Origin: Nemertoderma westbladi
Lineage: Eukaryota; Animalia; Xenacoelomorpha
Length of the DNA stretch: 64,000 bases
NCBI GenBank assembly: GCA_032718475.1
Contig: JAUCBJ010002497.1
Location: forward strand, 67,997 to 131,996
Direction: 5' to 3'
Shown: positions 49,370 through 60,393 of the stretch, piece after piece
Layout: each line of letters starts with the position of its first letter
Position numbering within the stretch: position 1 is the first letter of the stretch
Program-made: the position numbers and the translations under genes
The notes under the pieces: generated by a model
Databases searched by the model: none
What the model was told of the DNA's origin: nothing
What the model saw: only the letters and a program-made list of their open reading frames with translations

Positions 49370-49880
49370 TAAAATTTATATTGCTCTAAATTTATACAAT
49401 TTATATTGTTCTAAATTTATGCAATTTATATTATTCTAAATTTATGCAATTTACATTGTTCTAAATTTATGTATTTGTATTGTTCCGAACTTATGAAACT
49501 TAGAAAGTTTATATTTAGAAGGAACTTATATTTGAAAGATTTATATTTCATATTTGAGATGCAAAGAGTTTATATTATTCTAAGCTTATGCAGTATTATT
49601 CTAAGCTTATGCAGTATTATTCTAAGCTTATGCAGTATTATTCTAAGCTTATGCAGTATTATTCTAAACTTATGCAATTTAGTAAAGATTTATATTTAGA
49701 AAGTGCTATATTTGTAGTCATTCCAAACTTACGCAATTTATTGTTTCGAATATTATGCAATTTATATTTTGTAAAGAAGCAGTATTTGTATTTACAGTAA
49801 ATAGAAGGCAAGAGCAGACGGAAGACTTGTGAGCCTTTCTTGTGATTTATTTTGAACTTATGCAATTTGTTTTATATTTA
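49370..49880 (+). repeat. AT-rich 22-28-bp tandem repeats in the 3' UTR of C
   Basis: (TATTATTCTAAGCTTATGCAG-type)n and (ATTGTTCTAAATTTATGCAATTT-type)n. Confidence 0.7.
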
Positions 49881-50164
49881 AGTAGTATTAGTATTTGTGA
49901 TTGTTTGAATTCATGCAATATTTGAGATGCAATAGATTTATTTTAGTGAATTTAATTTAGATTTATATTGTGCTTACTTAATAAAGCCTTAAATACGTAA
50001 AGTTTGAATTTGTAATTATTTGTATCGAATTATTATGTAAAGGTATTATTGTTGAGATCTAATTTGTAAATATGTAAGTACGTCCCAAGTATTCTATAGT
50101 TTGCTTTAGTATTGGTGAAAACCGTATATTTTATGCACAATAATATCCTGTTTTCATGGAGCGG

Positions 50165-52001
50165 TATAGAATTATATTCTCTAAATGGCGTGGATTTTCA
50201 AAATTTTATTTTATTCGAATTAACTTTGTTATAAAGATTACATTAAGTCCTCATTTGTATTTACTATATCTATTTGTACGATGATTATTCAAGTGGTTCA
50301 GTAGCTCAGTCGGTAAAGCGTTGGAAATTATATGTAGTAGGTATTGAGTTCGAATCCTTGTAGGTGCGAATTATTTTTTGTGCAGAATTTCAACTCATTT
50401 AAATTGACCACTACAAATTAAATTGCATTTGCCTGTACCTAGATTAACCAATGGGACTGTAGTTATTAGATAGTAACCAATGTCGTGCAAGTTGTATATT
50501 CGCTGGACCAATAGTTATCTTTAAAAACCTATTAGAACTCATAGAACAATCGAGAATTTTCTCGATTGATTGCAGCACAAATTTGCTATATAAGGTGCGA
50601 TTTCGTTCATTAGTTATTCTAATTAGTTTATAATCTTTTGTAATAAAAGTTAGAAATACTTGTTACATCTGCCCTTTTCTATCATGTTTTACTACGGTGA
50701 ACTTAACTGAGGGACAAGATGGCAGGCTAAACATCGGGCCACAGCAGTGAACGGGAACATCTGAGGAATGTAGACAGGAGACAACCCGCAATATCATTCT
50801 TGAGTTATTCGCCCATCGCCTGAAAGGTTAGACAGCGTTCAATGCCTTGCTACCTAAGTATAAGACCAAAGATCGAAGGTAGAGGTAGTGACACGCTGTG
50901 CGCTAAAAATTACATCTAGGGACCGTACTGTCTTAATTCAGAGAAAACCCGCGGTAGACCTTCATATTCCTACGGGGGAGAGGAGAGCAGGCAGAGATAC
51001 TAGTACACAGATAGGACGTAGGCACACCGGTACAAGGCATACACATTGGTAGGGTGCAGCAAACTGTACGCCTAACTCTTGCCAAGTACAGGTGCATCTG
51101 TGACTATTTGTAGTACAACGGTGTCCATTGCATTAGAACTTGTAGGCCAGAAGGGTTACTGTGTTTTACATGAATTAGGATTGTACCGTTCAGGCGGTAG
51201 GGCAGTTTACAACTAGGCGCAAAATAAATTGAGGCTATTTAGGGATACTAACATCTACCGTGTCCCCGCCAACATTCTGTTAGGAAGTTGCCGTACCCAT
51301 CTAGGCAACCAAAATTCTAGATAGGAACACCAGGCTAGCTATTAGTAACTGTACGTCTACTGTAGTAAACTAACACATTTCTTCTTAGTATTAGGGACCT
51401 GGTAAATTAAATTGCCGAATTCTGGGCGTAGTATTAACCTTATGCCTGAATTTGAGTCCTGGAAATACAAAAAAGGGAAGGAGCCTTATCATTCGTGAGT
51501 ATTGGACCTACAAGTTACAAAATTAGAATATTCGTAAAATGTACACCGGACCCAGTAATTATATATATGAAGGAGCAAAACTGACTTTGACTGTTTAGAA
51601 TTAACACGCGCGTGTTAGAAATTATTTACACCTCAAAATACATAAAATTAACTTTTGTCCGTACTGCGCTTTGCCCGCTAGTTAGACATCTCTAGATCTC
51701 TGCACCTAGCTAGCGTCTTTTTCGCCCAACCATATAAATCACACAGCGGCAAAGTATACGAGCGCCGTTAGTCCGTCAGTGAGTCAGCCTGATTTTAGGA
51801 TTCGCTGCGCGGGATTTTGTTTTATCGAAGTTTGTCCGTTCGTAGACTGTTTTCTGCCTCACCGGTTATAAGAGACCGATACTGCAATATATATTCGCTT
51901 ACTTGGAGTTTACTGTTTTGGTGAGAAGGTCGGATTATGATTTGATTCACAAACTTTACAGTAGGATATTGCAGGGTATTTTGTTACTGTCTCTTCGCAT
52001 A
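50165..52001 (+). repeat. 3' LTR of element C (1837 bp)
   Basis: Matches 19133-20969. Confidence 0.95.
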
Positions 52002-54144
52002 TTTATAATTACCCTTAATAGGGTTTACTATAGGAGTTTCCACTTCACTAGCAGTATAGATGCGTGTAGGCTCCACACCTTGCGCATGAAATACTTCAGA
52101 CCTAACAGGTTGACACATTGTTATAGGGGTTGGTGGTATACCCCTTTGGGTATTTACTAATTTGTCGCGTTCCAACGCGATACTCTGCTGCACCTCTTGC
52201 AACTCTAACCTACTTTCCCTTACTGTGCCCTTGAACTGCTGAACAGTTCCTTCCATCTCCCGGACCTGCTGAGAGGAGCACTTACGGTGTTCCCTCAGCT
52301 GCTCGAGCAAGAGACCCATCTCCCGTTGTCCCTCAGCTACCCACTCGACCGCCGAAGCGGGAGTCGCCAACGTAGTAGCGGGCGAGCGAGAGACGAAGGG
52401 CGATAAATTCTTGATATCTTGCTCGCCGTCCAGGATGGGTTCGGACTCGGGAACAGTCCTACTGGGCACAGGTAGTTTCGTGCTGTGCAAAGGGAATTTA
52501 GAGGTAGGTTCTGGGAGTACAGGTGTCTCTATCACCGAAGGGGTGGCTTCGAGAACAGGCCCAATTATTTCAGGTTCATCTACTATAGTAGGGAGTCTTT
52601 CTACTTTAATAATTTAATTACTCTGTCTTTTGGGAGTAGATCGACACATCATCTGCATTTGACTAGCTGTTAACTGTTTATTTATGCAGTCTTGATTCTC
52701 TTGAATATTTTCCAACTCTAGTTGGGTGGTTTCTTCAGACGCTCTCCGTTCTGCTTCTGCCACTGCCTCTGCCGCTGCCACTGCCGCTTTTCTTTCCGCT
52801 TCGGATGCTGCCACTGCTGCCTTTCTTTCCGCTTCTGCCGCTGCCACTGCCGCTTTTCTTTCCGCTTCTGCCGCTGCCACTGCCGCTGCTGCTTTTCTTT
52901 CCGCTTCGGCCGCTGCCACTGCCGCTTTTCTTTCCGCTTCTGCCGCTGCCACTGCCGCTGCTGCTGCTGCTGTCTTTCTGTCTTCTATACGTTTTTTCTT
53001 TACCTGTTCTTCTTGGACCCTAGTGATGCGGAGTCTTTCATCAAATTTAGCTTGGTTCGCAGCTAACATTTCCACATCTATTGCGTCCAACACAAGATTG
53101 GCTCCTTCACTATTAGGGCGAAGTCCAGACAGCCGTCTCCTCAACTCTTCGTCACCTAGAAATCGTTGATAGTCTGACAGATAGATGTCAATAGCATCCC
53201 TCTTATGCGGTTTCTCAGCTGTCGCTTCACTTTCCACTTGGGAAAAGGTAGCGTCTGTTGATTCTCCATGGGTTGAGCGCTCAGCCAGCTGAGATTTCCA
53301 CTGGGCCGTTCCTTGAACCTTGTGACTCACCCGCTGGAACCAAGTCTTTACAGCAACTTGCAACGACGTGTCTTGTCTTCTTTTCGAAGCTTCCTCAAAG
53401 GCCGATAGGATTAGTCTGATACTTAGAATTCTTTCTCTAACTTGATAAAGCAGCTCTCCCTGCTCTTGAGGTCCTTGGGGTTGTCGAAACAGTTGTTCCT
53501 CTAATCGCTCCAAAGAGCTGAAGAATCCCTGTACGTATCCTGCTGCCGACCTCTTCCATACAGCTGGATCACTGGTGTCTTTTGTCACTCCCATCCTGTG
53601 TATGTCTTCCCAGGCAGCTTCTGATAAGTCAAACGGGAGTCCGGGTCCGGGGAAGTTCCATTGCGACTCGACAATAGACTTCAGTTCTTCCCTTGTGTAT
53701 CCCGCATAACTATCCTTGGTCGATCGCTTACTTCTCAATCTGGTGTTCCTCCACCGCAATCAATACCCTAGTGAGTACGGCTGCAGGAAGGATGAGAAGG
53801 GGATCCGAATAAACCACATCTGCCATCTTTGCTCCACGCTCGGGTGTCAGCTCTACAGTATCCGCACTACTGGAACTGTCGGGCTGCTGAGAAATAAGTT
53901 CTCGGCTCGAGTGTTGCTGCTGTTCAACAGCTGCTTCTTGGTCCTGCTTGACCTGAGCTCAAGTGCCTATGATAGACCTACGGTGTTGGACTAGCCTAGG
54001 GTCTGATACTACTACTGGAGGGATGATCTTTCTTACAGTAGGAGGTGAGTTGAACTTCGGTCTCACACGTTCCACACTCCTGTCTGGGTCACAGATGGTT
54101 GTATCTAGGAGACTGTCTGACAGGTTTTGCTTTGTGTCAGACAT
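52002..54144 (-). pseudogene. gag: Element A gag N-terminal part
   Basis: MSDTKQNLSDSLLDTT..., ESEATAEKPHKRDAIDIYLSDYQRF and (AAAEAERK)n; homologous to the gag of B; contains stops. Confidence 0.88.
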
Positions 54145-54279
54145 GTTTGTTTGTACAGTTGAATGCCTACTGCTATATTACAGTTAAAGCAAGTCTAGTA
54201 ATTCAGTATCACTGTTAGCCTAGTAATTAATTACCGATATCGTTACTCTATGTAATGTGATATATATACAATATATTAG

Positions 54280-54770
54280 AGTACCGGTATATACTTATAG
54301 TATATATAAGTATTATTACAGACTAGGTTTGTCACAGAATACCGGTATATAATTTCAGCGCAAATATATAAATATATAATAAGCCTATCGTGAATACCGG
54401 TATACAGCTTACACTTATAGTATATATAAGTATAATTACAGACTATAATTAATTACAGAATACCGGTATATAATTTCAGCGCAAATATATAAATATATAA
54501 TAAGCCTATCGTGAATACCGGTATACAGCTTACACTTATAGTATATATAAGTATAATTACAGACTAGAATTAATTACAGAATACCGGTATATAATTTCAG
54601 CGCAAATATATAAATATATAATAAGCCTATCGTGAATACCGGTATACAGCTTACACTTATAGTATATATAAGTATAATTACAGACTAGAATTAATTACAG
54701 AATACCGGTATATAATTTCAGCTCAAATTTATAGAAATAAATATAATAAGCCTATTGTAAATACCGGTAT
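54280..54770 (-). repeat. ~120-bp tandem repeat (3-4 copies) in the 5' UTR of A
   Basis: Repeated GAATACCGGTATATAATTTCAGCGCAAATATATAAA...ATACCGGTATACAGCTTACACTTATAG. Confidence 0.85.
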
Positions 54771-56253
54771 GTCAATTATTTTAGAATAATTGAATTTCTG
54801 AATTTTAGGGGTTACTTGGTTACTTTACTTTACCTTATTACCGTTATTTAAGCAGTAGTCCAACTGATATTAAGACCTAATTGTTGTATGACAGGCCTAC
54901 TATTTTATAAATCGGTTTTTAAATGGGTTTTTGTCAATATTTGAAATAAATGTTATTATTTCTGGGAAGGAGTCACTGCACAGAAGCTGTACGCTCTCAG
55001 TGAAGTGCTACTTGTTGGACACTAAAACAAATAATTATAATTTGCCTAAATTACTTAATACTACAAATTACGTACAATTCGGGGTGAGATTACAATCTCT
55101 AAATAAACACAAAAATTACACATACGAATTTTTAGGGTAATTTTACAAAAAGTCTACAAACCAGCCTAACAAAGGGTTAGAATATCTGGTTATTACAAAC
55201 AGACAGGATACTACGGTATTTGAAAATAACAAAGCAGTAATAAATATACTGCGTTGTCCAGATAGGAAAAATACCACCGTCTGACGACTTATAGCCGTAT
55301 CGCTATAAGTACTACGTTATGTATCACGGAGTGTTCCTACCTAGAACTTAATTACCGCGGCCTACCAGAGCCAACGTGCCTATTAACCACTTTACAACAC
55401 AAATATACTGCCTACACACTAATTACCTTCGGAAAGTACTGTACACTAAACCCTAAATTAGGTACAAGTACTTATACAACAAATAATCAGCAGTTAAAAA
55501 TACTTGTACAGCTAAAAGAACCACGGTATCTGCTGGAGTGACCAAAGCATAAAATCTCCAGTCTTTACCTACGCCGAACAGCCCTGATGTAGTACCGGGG
55601 TTAATTTAACTATAACGGTATGTATAACAAGCACAATTACTGTAGGAATAAACTTGGGGTTTGTGAATGTTGCGAATAATCGCATAAACTCTGAATAATA
55701 AATATTACGCTACCCGTACAGACTACACAAACAAAATACAAACCAAATGCTGGCAGACTACTATCAAGCCTAAATAAACTACAGTATATGCAGACTCCGA
55801 AATGGTTAGTTAGTATGCGTTCTAACCGAGTAGTACGACTTATTCTTTCAGGGGGATTTACCTTACAGCACTGGATGCCACCCACTTTCCTAACTAGTAC
55901 TTTATCGGACATACACTCTACACACACTGCAATCTCTTCAGACTTAACAACAGTCAGACAACAGTCTAGCCTACAAATTATCTGTACAATCTGAGCAGGC
56001 TTACACGCCTTCTGCTCAATATCAACTTACAAATAAATAAAACTGACAGAAATAAGTAAAATCCCAATAAAAACCAGGGCTGCAGTCCCTGATTAAATAT
56101 CAAGACCTACCGGTATACAATTATCAAAAATCGAATAATACTGCTGTACCTGTACTGCTGTAAGTACCGGTCCGAGTGGTTAGGTAGTCAGGCCTACTGG
56201 TTACCGGTCGACCGGTACTTTTGCCCTTTATTGCCTACGTGCAATAAAGAAGC

Positions 56254-56265
56254 TATAACTGTTAT
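56254..56265 (-). promoter_or_regulatory. Non-tRNA primer-binding site of A, complementary to its own LTR at 56990-57001
   Basis: Minus-strand ATAACAGTTATA pairs with minus-strand TATAACTGTTAT in the LTR (also at 14595-14606). Confidence 0.85.
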
Positions 56266-57403
56266 TGTTCGCGCTTTCAGACCTTTAGCAGTTTAACCTG
56301 CCAAATTTAGGTGTCTTCTAGGTTATAAATCGACTTTAGCCTATGACGAGTATTTGATACTCTACATTAGCCGAAGCCAGCCTATGCGCGACCATTCACC
56401 CGCTGGATATACCCGGGAGACTGGATTCGGAAGCTCTGACCTTATTGCGATGTAGGCCTACTGTATTATTCGATTGATCGTTAATATATAATCTCTGACC
56501 AATATTATTCACTTTCGGGAAATATTAACAGTTCCTTTAGGACGTGGCGCTCTAAGTATGTAAACAGAGTTATGACTTACACTAAACACAACGGGATGGC
56601 TAATGATTCACGTATAAAGCGCATTCTTTAGGAGATGCTTTGTTAACTGTCACAGTCATGCACACTACCGCACAATGCTGCACACCGATCTGCCGACCTT
56701 CACTAATTTTAGTCACATATAAAGAAAACAGCAACTGACACATGTAGTGCCTATGAAATAGCATTAGATTCACTCCAAAACCAATATAATGTAAGTCGCA
56801 ATTGCTATATGTAACCGGTCTCTTACCTTCAGTATATCAAGAAGATTGGGGTTTTATGATTATTTATCGATATTATCCAAATATAACAATATTCCATCAA
56901 CTGATATAATTAATAACCGACAGTAAATAGCAGTAAAATAATGCGGTGTTTGTAAGAGATATGACCATATGACAAGTGTGATTCGTTTGATAACAGTTAT
57001 ACGTTTCTATGATCAAAGCCGGTCTAATGTTTGGCTAAAGTCTGAAACACAGAATAATTCCACAGCCGGTGTTCTAGGCTTAGGAAAAATACACACTGAC
57101 TGAATTGCGTGAGTTTCTGGATACAATGTCCAACACAGAGTGAAAACCGCTCTGATTGGTCGACCGAACAAAGAACGAACAAAGAACAAAGAAAAAGTTA
57201 CACGTGGACACAGCTGATAGATGTCGTCATCTGAGTTCCGATGTTTAGAGTATTTGAGCTTATTGCGGAGAAAAATGGCTTTTTATGTCCGCTAAAGCAC
57301 ACATGCAGACATAGCGGGCAAAATCGCTTGTTATGTCCGCTAAAATACCTACTCGGTATATTGCGGAGAAAAATAGCTTGTTACATCCGCAAAAGCTTTT
57401 ACA
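56266..57403 (-). repeat. 5' LTR of element A (1138 bp)
   Basis: Matches 13871-14997 with an 11-bp insertion near 57175. Confidence 0.95.
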
Positions 57404-58057
57404 AAAAGTCTGTTTAAAAACTTGTTTTGTAACACTGTGTTAAAAGCAGATGAGTAGTCTATGAATAAACATTTTACAATTGTGTGTCTTTCATCTAACG
57501 CTTTTGTAATCTGATGAAGGAGGTATAAGATCGCATCAGCTGTAGAATAACCTTTTTTGTATGCAAATTGAAAAATATCATCAGTGGCGATTTACTTGCA
57601 TTACGAAATATATCTAGAGCCAATCTGTCTAAACACCTAGAACTCAAAGGAGTAACACGTACTGGTCTGAAGCTGGTTTTTTCAGAAAATGATGAATCAC
57701 ATCTTTTAGGTAAGGCAGATGTCAAAGACGAATTCCAACATTGCGGGTATTTTTGTTGATGGAAACTATCTCTGAATAGTAAAGCATAAGGTATAGAAAG
57801 TTCTTTTGCAAAGGTTTTATAGCAAATTGCAGAAACAATGCTACTACTTACGTATTAATTTCTCAACCACAATCGGATCAACATGAATATCATTATCATA
57901 CGAACATCGATTCTGTAGTCCATCCACCATCCGCATGGCAGAACGTAAACACAGCAGCAACAGCAAAGGAGTTGATCCCAGCATCAAGTTCAACGAACCC
58001 AGCTACCAAGTCCTTCGAGTTCAATGAGCTAATCTGTCGTTCTTCGACAGATTCTAA
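57404..58057 (-). mobile_element. Rex1/Babar- or L2-like LINE, 5' part of RT (5'-truncated)
   Basis: QFAYKKGYSTADAILYLLH...LFIDYSSAFNTVL; continues into 13870. Confidence 0.8.
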
Positions 58058-58500
58058 CTTCACTAACATTAATCGAAATTATGAAATTTCCTTGCAGTGG
58101 AATTGTATAATTTTTTTACAACAGTTAGCTTAATATGTCGTGAAGTTTTTGATATATTTAAAAATTTGATGCGACTTCTAGTTTCCGAGATATAACAATT
58201 AATGTGTAACACGCCAGTGTAAATATTACTAATTTCCCATTAAATCACAGCTTATTGTGAAATTAATTAAATTATTCTGGAAAATCACTAATTTGCTACT
58301 TACTTTTCCCTACTGTTCCTTTTGTTTGGCTTGTGTTATGCAAATTTAAGCAGAATTTCCATGAATAAACATATGTTCCGCAAAATAAAATTTTATAGAC
58401 TTTTTTTGGTCATTAATAAGGTAATATAGAATCCAAAATGTGTGGTTCGGATTGATTGCGAAATACTTATGGGTTTTTTGCTAGATTGACTCGACTATTT

Positions 58501-58840
58501 ATTACACGAGGCAACTACTGTAGCTTACCGTAGATTGTGTTCCAGGCAAATTGAGTATCCATTTCACCCTGTATTGTTTCCAAGTTTTCAGCTGAAAGGT
58601 CAGCCGAAATGGCGGGGAAGTTAGCTTTGGAAAATATTGGATGGGGTCTCTTGGGATTCTTAGTTTCTATCGAACTCAACCTTATATCGAACTCAACCTT
58701 ATATCGAATTCCAAAACATGTGGTCGCTAGCTCCCAGGCTGGATGATAGTTTGGAGGGTCAATTGAATTATCGTCGTTTGTTAGTATTAAATCCAGAGTC
58801 TGTGGTGTTTGTGTGATTTTAGATTCTATAATTCTATATT
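58501..58840 (-). mobile_element. CR1-type LINE, endonuclease end and linker; same copy as 11180-12265
   Basis: TLDLILTND...FSKANFPAISADL...AWNTIYGKL; continues as IPQ...KLPKWLN at ~12260 across the TTT TSD. Confidence 0.75.
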
Positions 58841-58849
58841 GCCTAGTTA

Positions 58850-59731
58850 ATGACCACAAAAATTCTATAAAATGTTATTTTGCGGATCATATGTTTGTCA
58901 TGGAAATTCTGCGTAAATTTGCATAACTCAGTAATGTTCCAGAATAATTTAATTTAATTGGTAATGTTCCAGAATAATTTAATTAATTTCACAATAAGCT
59001 GTGATTCAATGAGAAATGAGTATGCCCATGGAATACTAAATATACTAATGTACTAATGTACATAAATATACTATATAATAAATGTATATTTAGTATTCCA
59101 TGGTATGCCTAATATTTTTTACACATGCGTGTTACACATTAATTGATATACCGTATCTCGGTAACTAGAAGTCGTATCCAATTTTTAAATATCAAAAATT
59201 TCACGATATACTGTATTTAGGTAACTGTTGTAAAAAATTATACAATTCCACTGCATTGAAATTTCATAATTCCCATTAATGTTAGCGAAGATATTTCACA
59301 TAATAAAATTGTGATTGCTCTATTAATTTTAGGTGTAATTTATTTATTTGTTTTAATTTAAAAATCACAATAGTTTATAATATAACAAATACATTTTTTT
59401 GGGACAAGGGTTTTTGAAGTCGAAAAATTCGATGGGCGAGGTTACATCCACCCGTTTAGTAGAGAAGTTGTGTAAATAAGCTCTCCATCTCTATTGTACT
59501 ACAGTAGCAAAATTGGTACCTCGTAATCGATCTAGAAGTACATACTTCAGTCAATCGATAGTCGTTTGAGTAAAGTTTGTCTGTACCAAATTTGGACAAA
59601 CTCCCACCAATAGACCCCTTGTTGCCATGTAAAATTCATGTTGCTAAAGAAAGAAACATGAAATTATAATATATTTTTATCGACTTTTATGGGGGTATTA
59701 ACATTTAACAAGGTAATAATTCACTCGCCTA
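58850..59731. mobile_element. Second, truncated and inverted copy of the Academ-like element
   Basis: Reverse-complement similarity to 58060-58420 and 12350-12803; ends ACTCGCCTA. Confidence 0.75.
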
Positions 59732-59754
59732 ATAGAGGCCGCAATACTGTACTA

Positions 59755-59950
59755 CGTGATCTTTCTCAGTAAACCTTTAATATTGTGTTTCCGAAGTCAC
59801 CTTTGATCCCATTTATCGATTAGTCAAGGATGAAAGCCCGGGCGTAGATAGGCTACATTTTTAAAGCATTCGGTAACCAAACAGAGCCAGAGTCCCCAAA
59901 ATTGGTCTCCTAGTCGAGGAAAGTCACCACTACAGTAGACCGAAGATCTA
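59755..59950 (-). mobile_element. Degenerate SINE with Nin/Deu-like core
   Basis: Minus strand GGGCTTTCATCCTTGACTAATCGATAAATGGG resembles the core at ~40230-40260; the head is decayed. Confidence 0.4.
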
Positions 59951-60393
59951 AGTCACTACTACTAACTGTAGGGACATTTCGCTACTATTAATACCTTAAA
60001 ATTTTGAATTGTTGATTATTATTTATATGCCTCAAATTTGCAGAATACCAACAAAGACATGGAAATGATAGACCTAGCTATGGTGATTCACGCGGGAGAG
60101 GTTGTACAGATATTATATTCGCTCTACTGTTTCTAGTCGGGGTCCTATCGTATTTCGGTGTTATATTCTTTGCTTACGCCGTTGGAAATCCAATTAGACA
60201 GTTCTATCCAACTAATTCAGAGGTTTGCCATAAATACATATAATATGCGAATGATAAAAAGATCATAACCATGTAAAGTAGGCCTACTTTGCAACTGGCT
60301 TTAATGCTACATAAGCCTATTTTGAACTGTAACATGCGCTTTTGACTCTGGTTTATTGTTTTGGTTGGAATAATATAACCTCGTCACGTTGAC

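Larger units (their letters stand above)
19133..52001 (+). mobile_element. LTR retrotransposon C: BEL/Pao, full gag-pol architecture plus an extra ORF; inactivated
   Basis: Two 1837-bp LTRs (19133-20969, 50165-52001; ~20 substitutions by eye); 5-bp TSD TTTAT (19128-19132, 52002-52006) interrupting the gag of A; PPT-like GGAGCGG before 50165. Confidence 0.97.
13871..57403 (-). mobile_element. LTR retrotransposon A: non-autonomous BEL/Pao-type (gag remnant, pol deleted)
   Basis: Direct LTRs 13871-14997 and 56266-57403 (TG...CA, ~10 differences by eye); 5-bp TSD AAAAG (13866-13870, 57404-57408); PPT GGGAGAGG on the minus strand next to 14997. Confidence 0.95.
12266..58497. mobile_element. Academ-like non-autonomous TIR element (own sequence 12266-12803 plus ~58058-58497) hosting the nested stack
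   Basis: Termini TAGGCGAGTCAATCTAGC and GCTAGATTGACTCGACTA; 3-bp TSD TTT (12263-12265, 58498-58500). The two halves are contiguous in a second copy at 58850-59731. TAG termini with a 3-bp TSD fit Academ. Confidence 0.75.
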
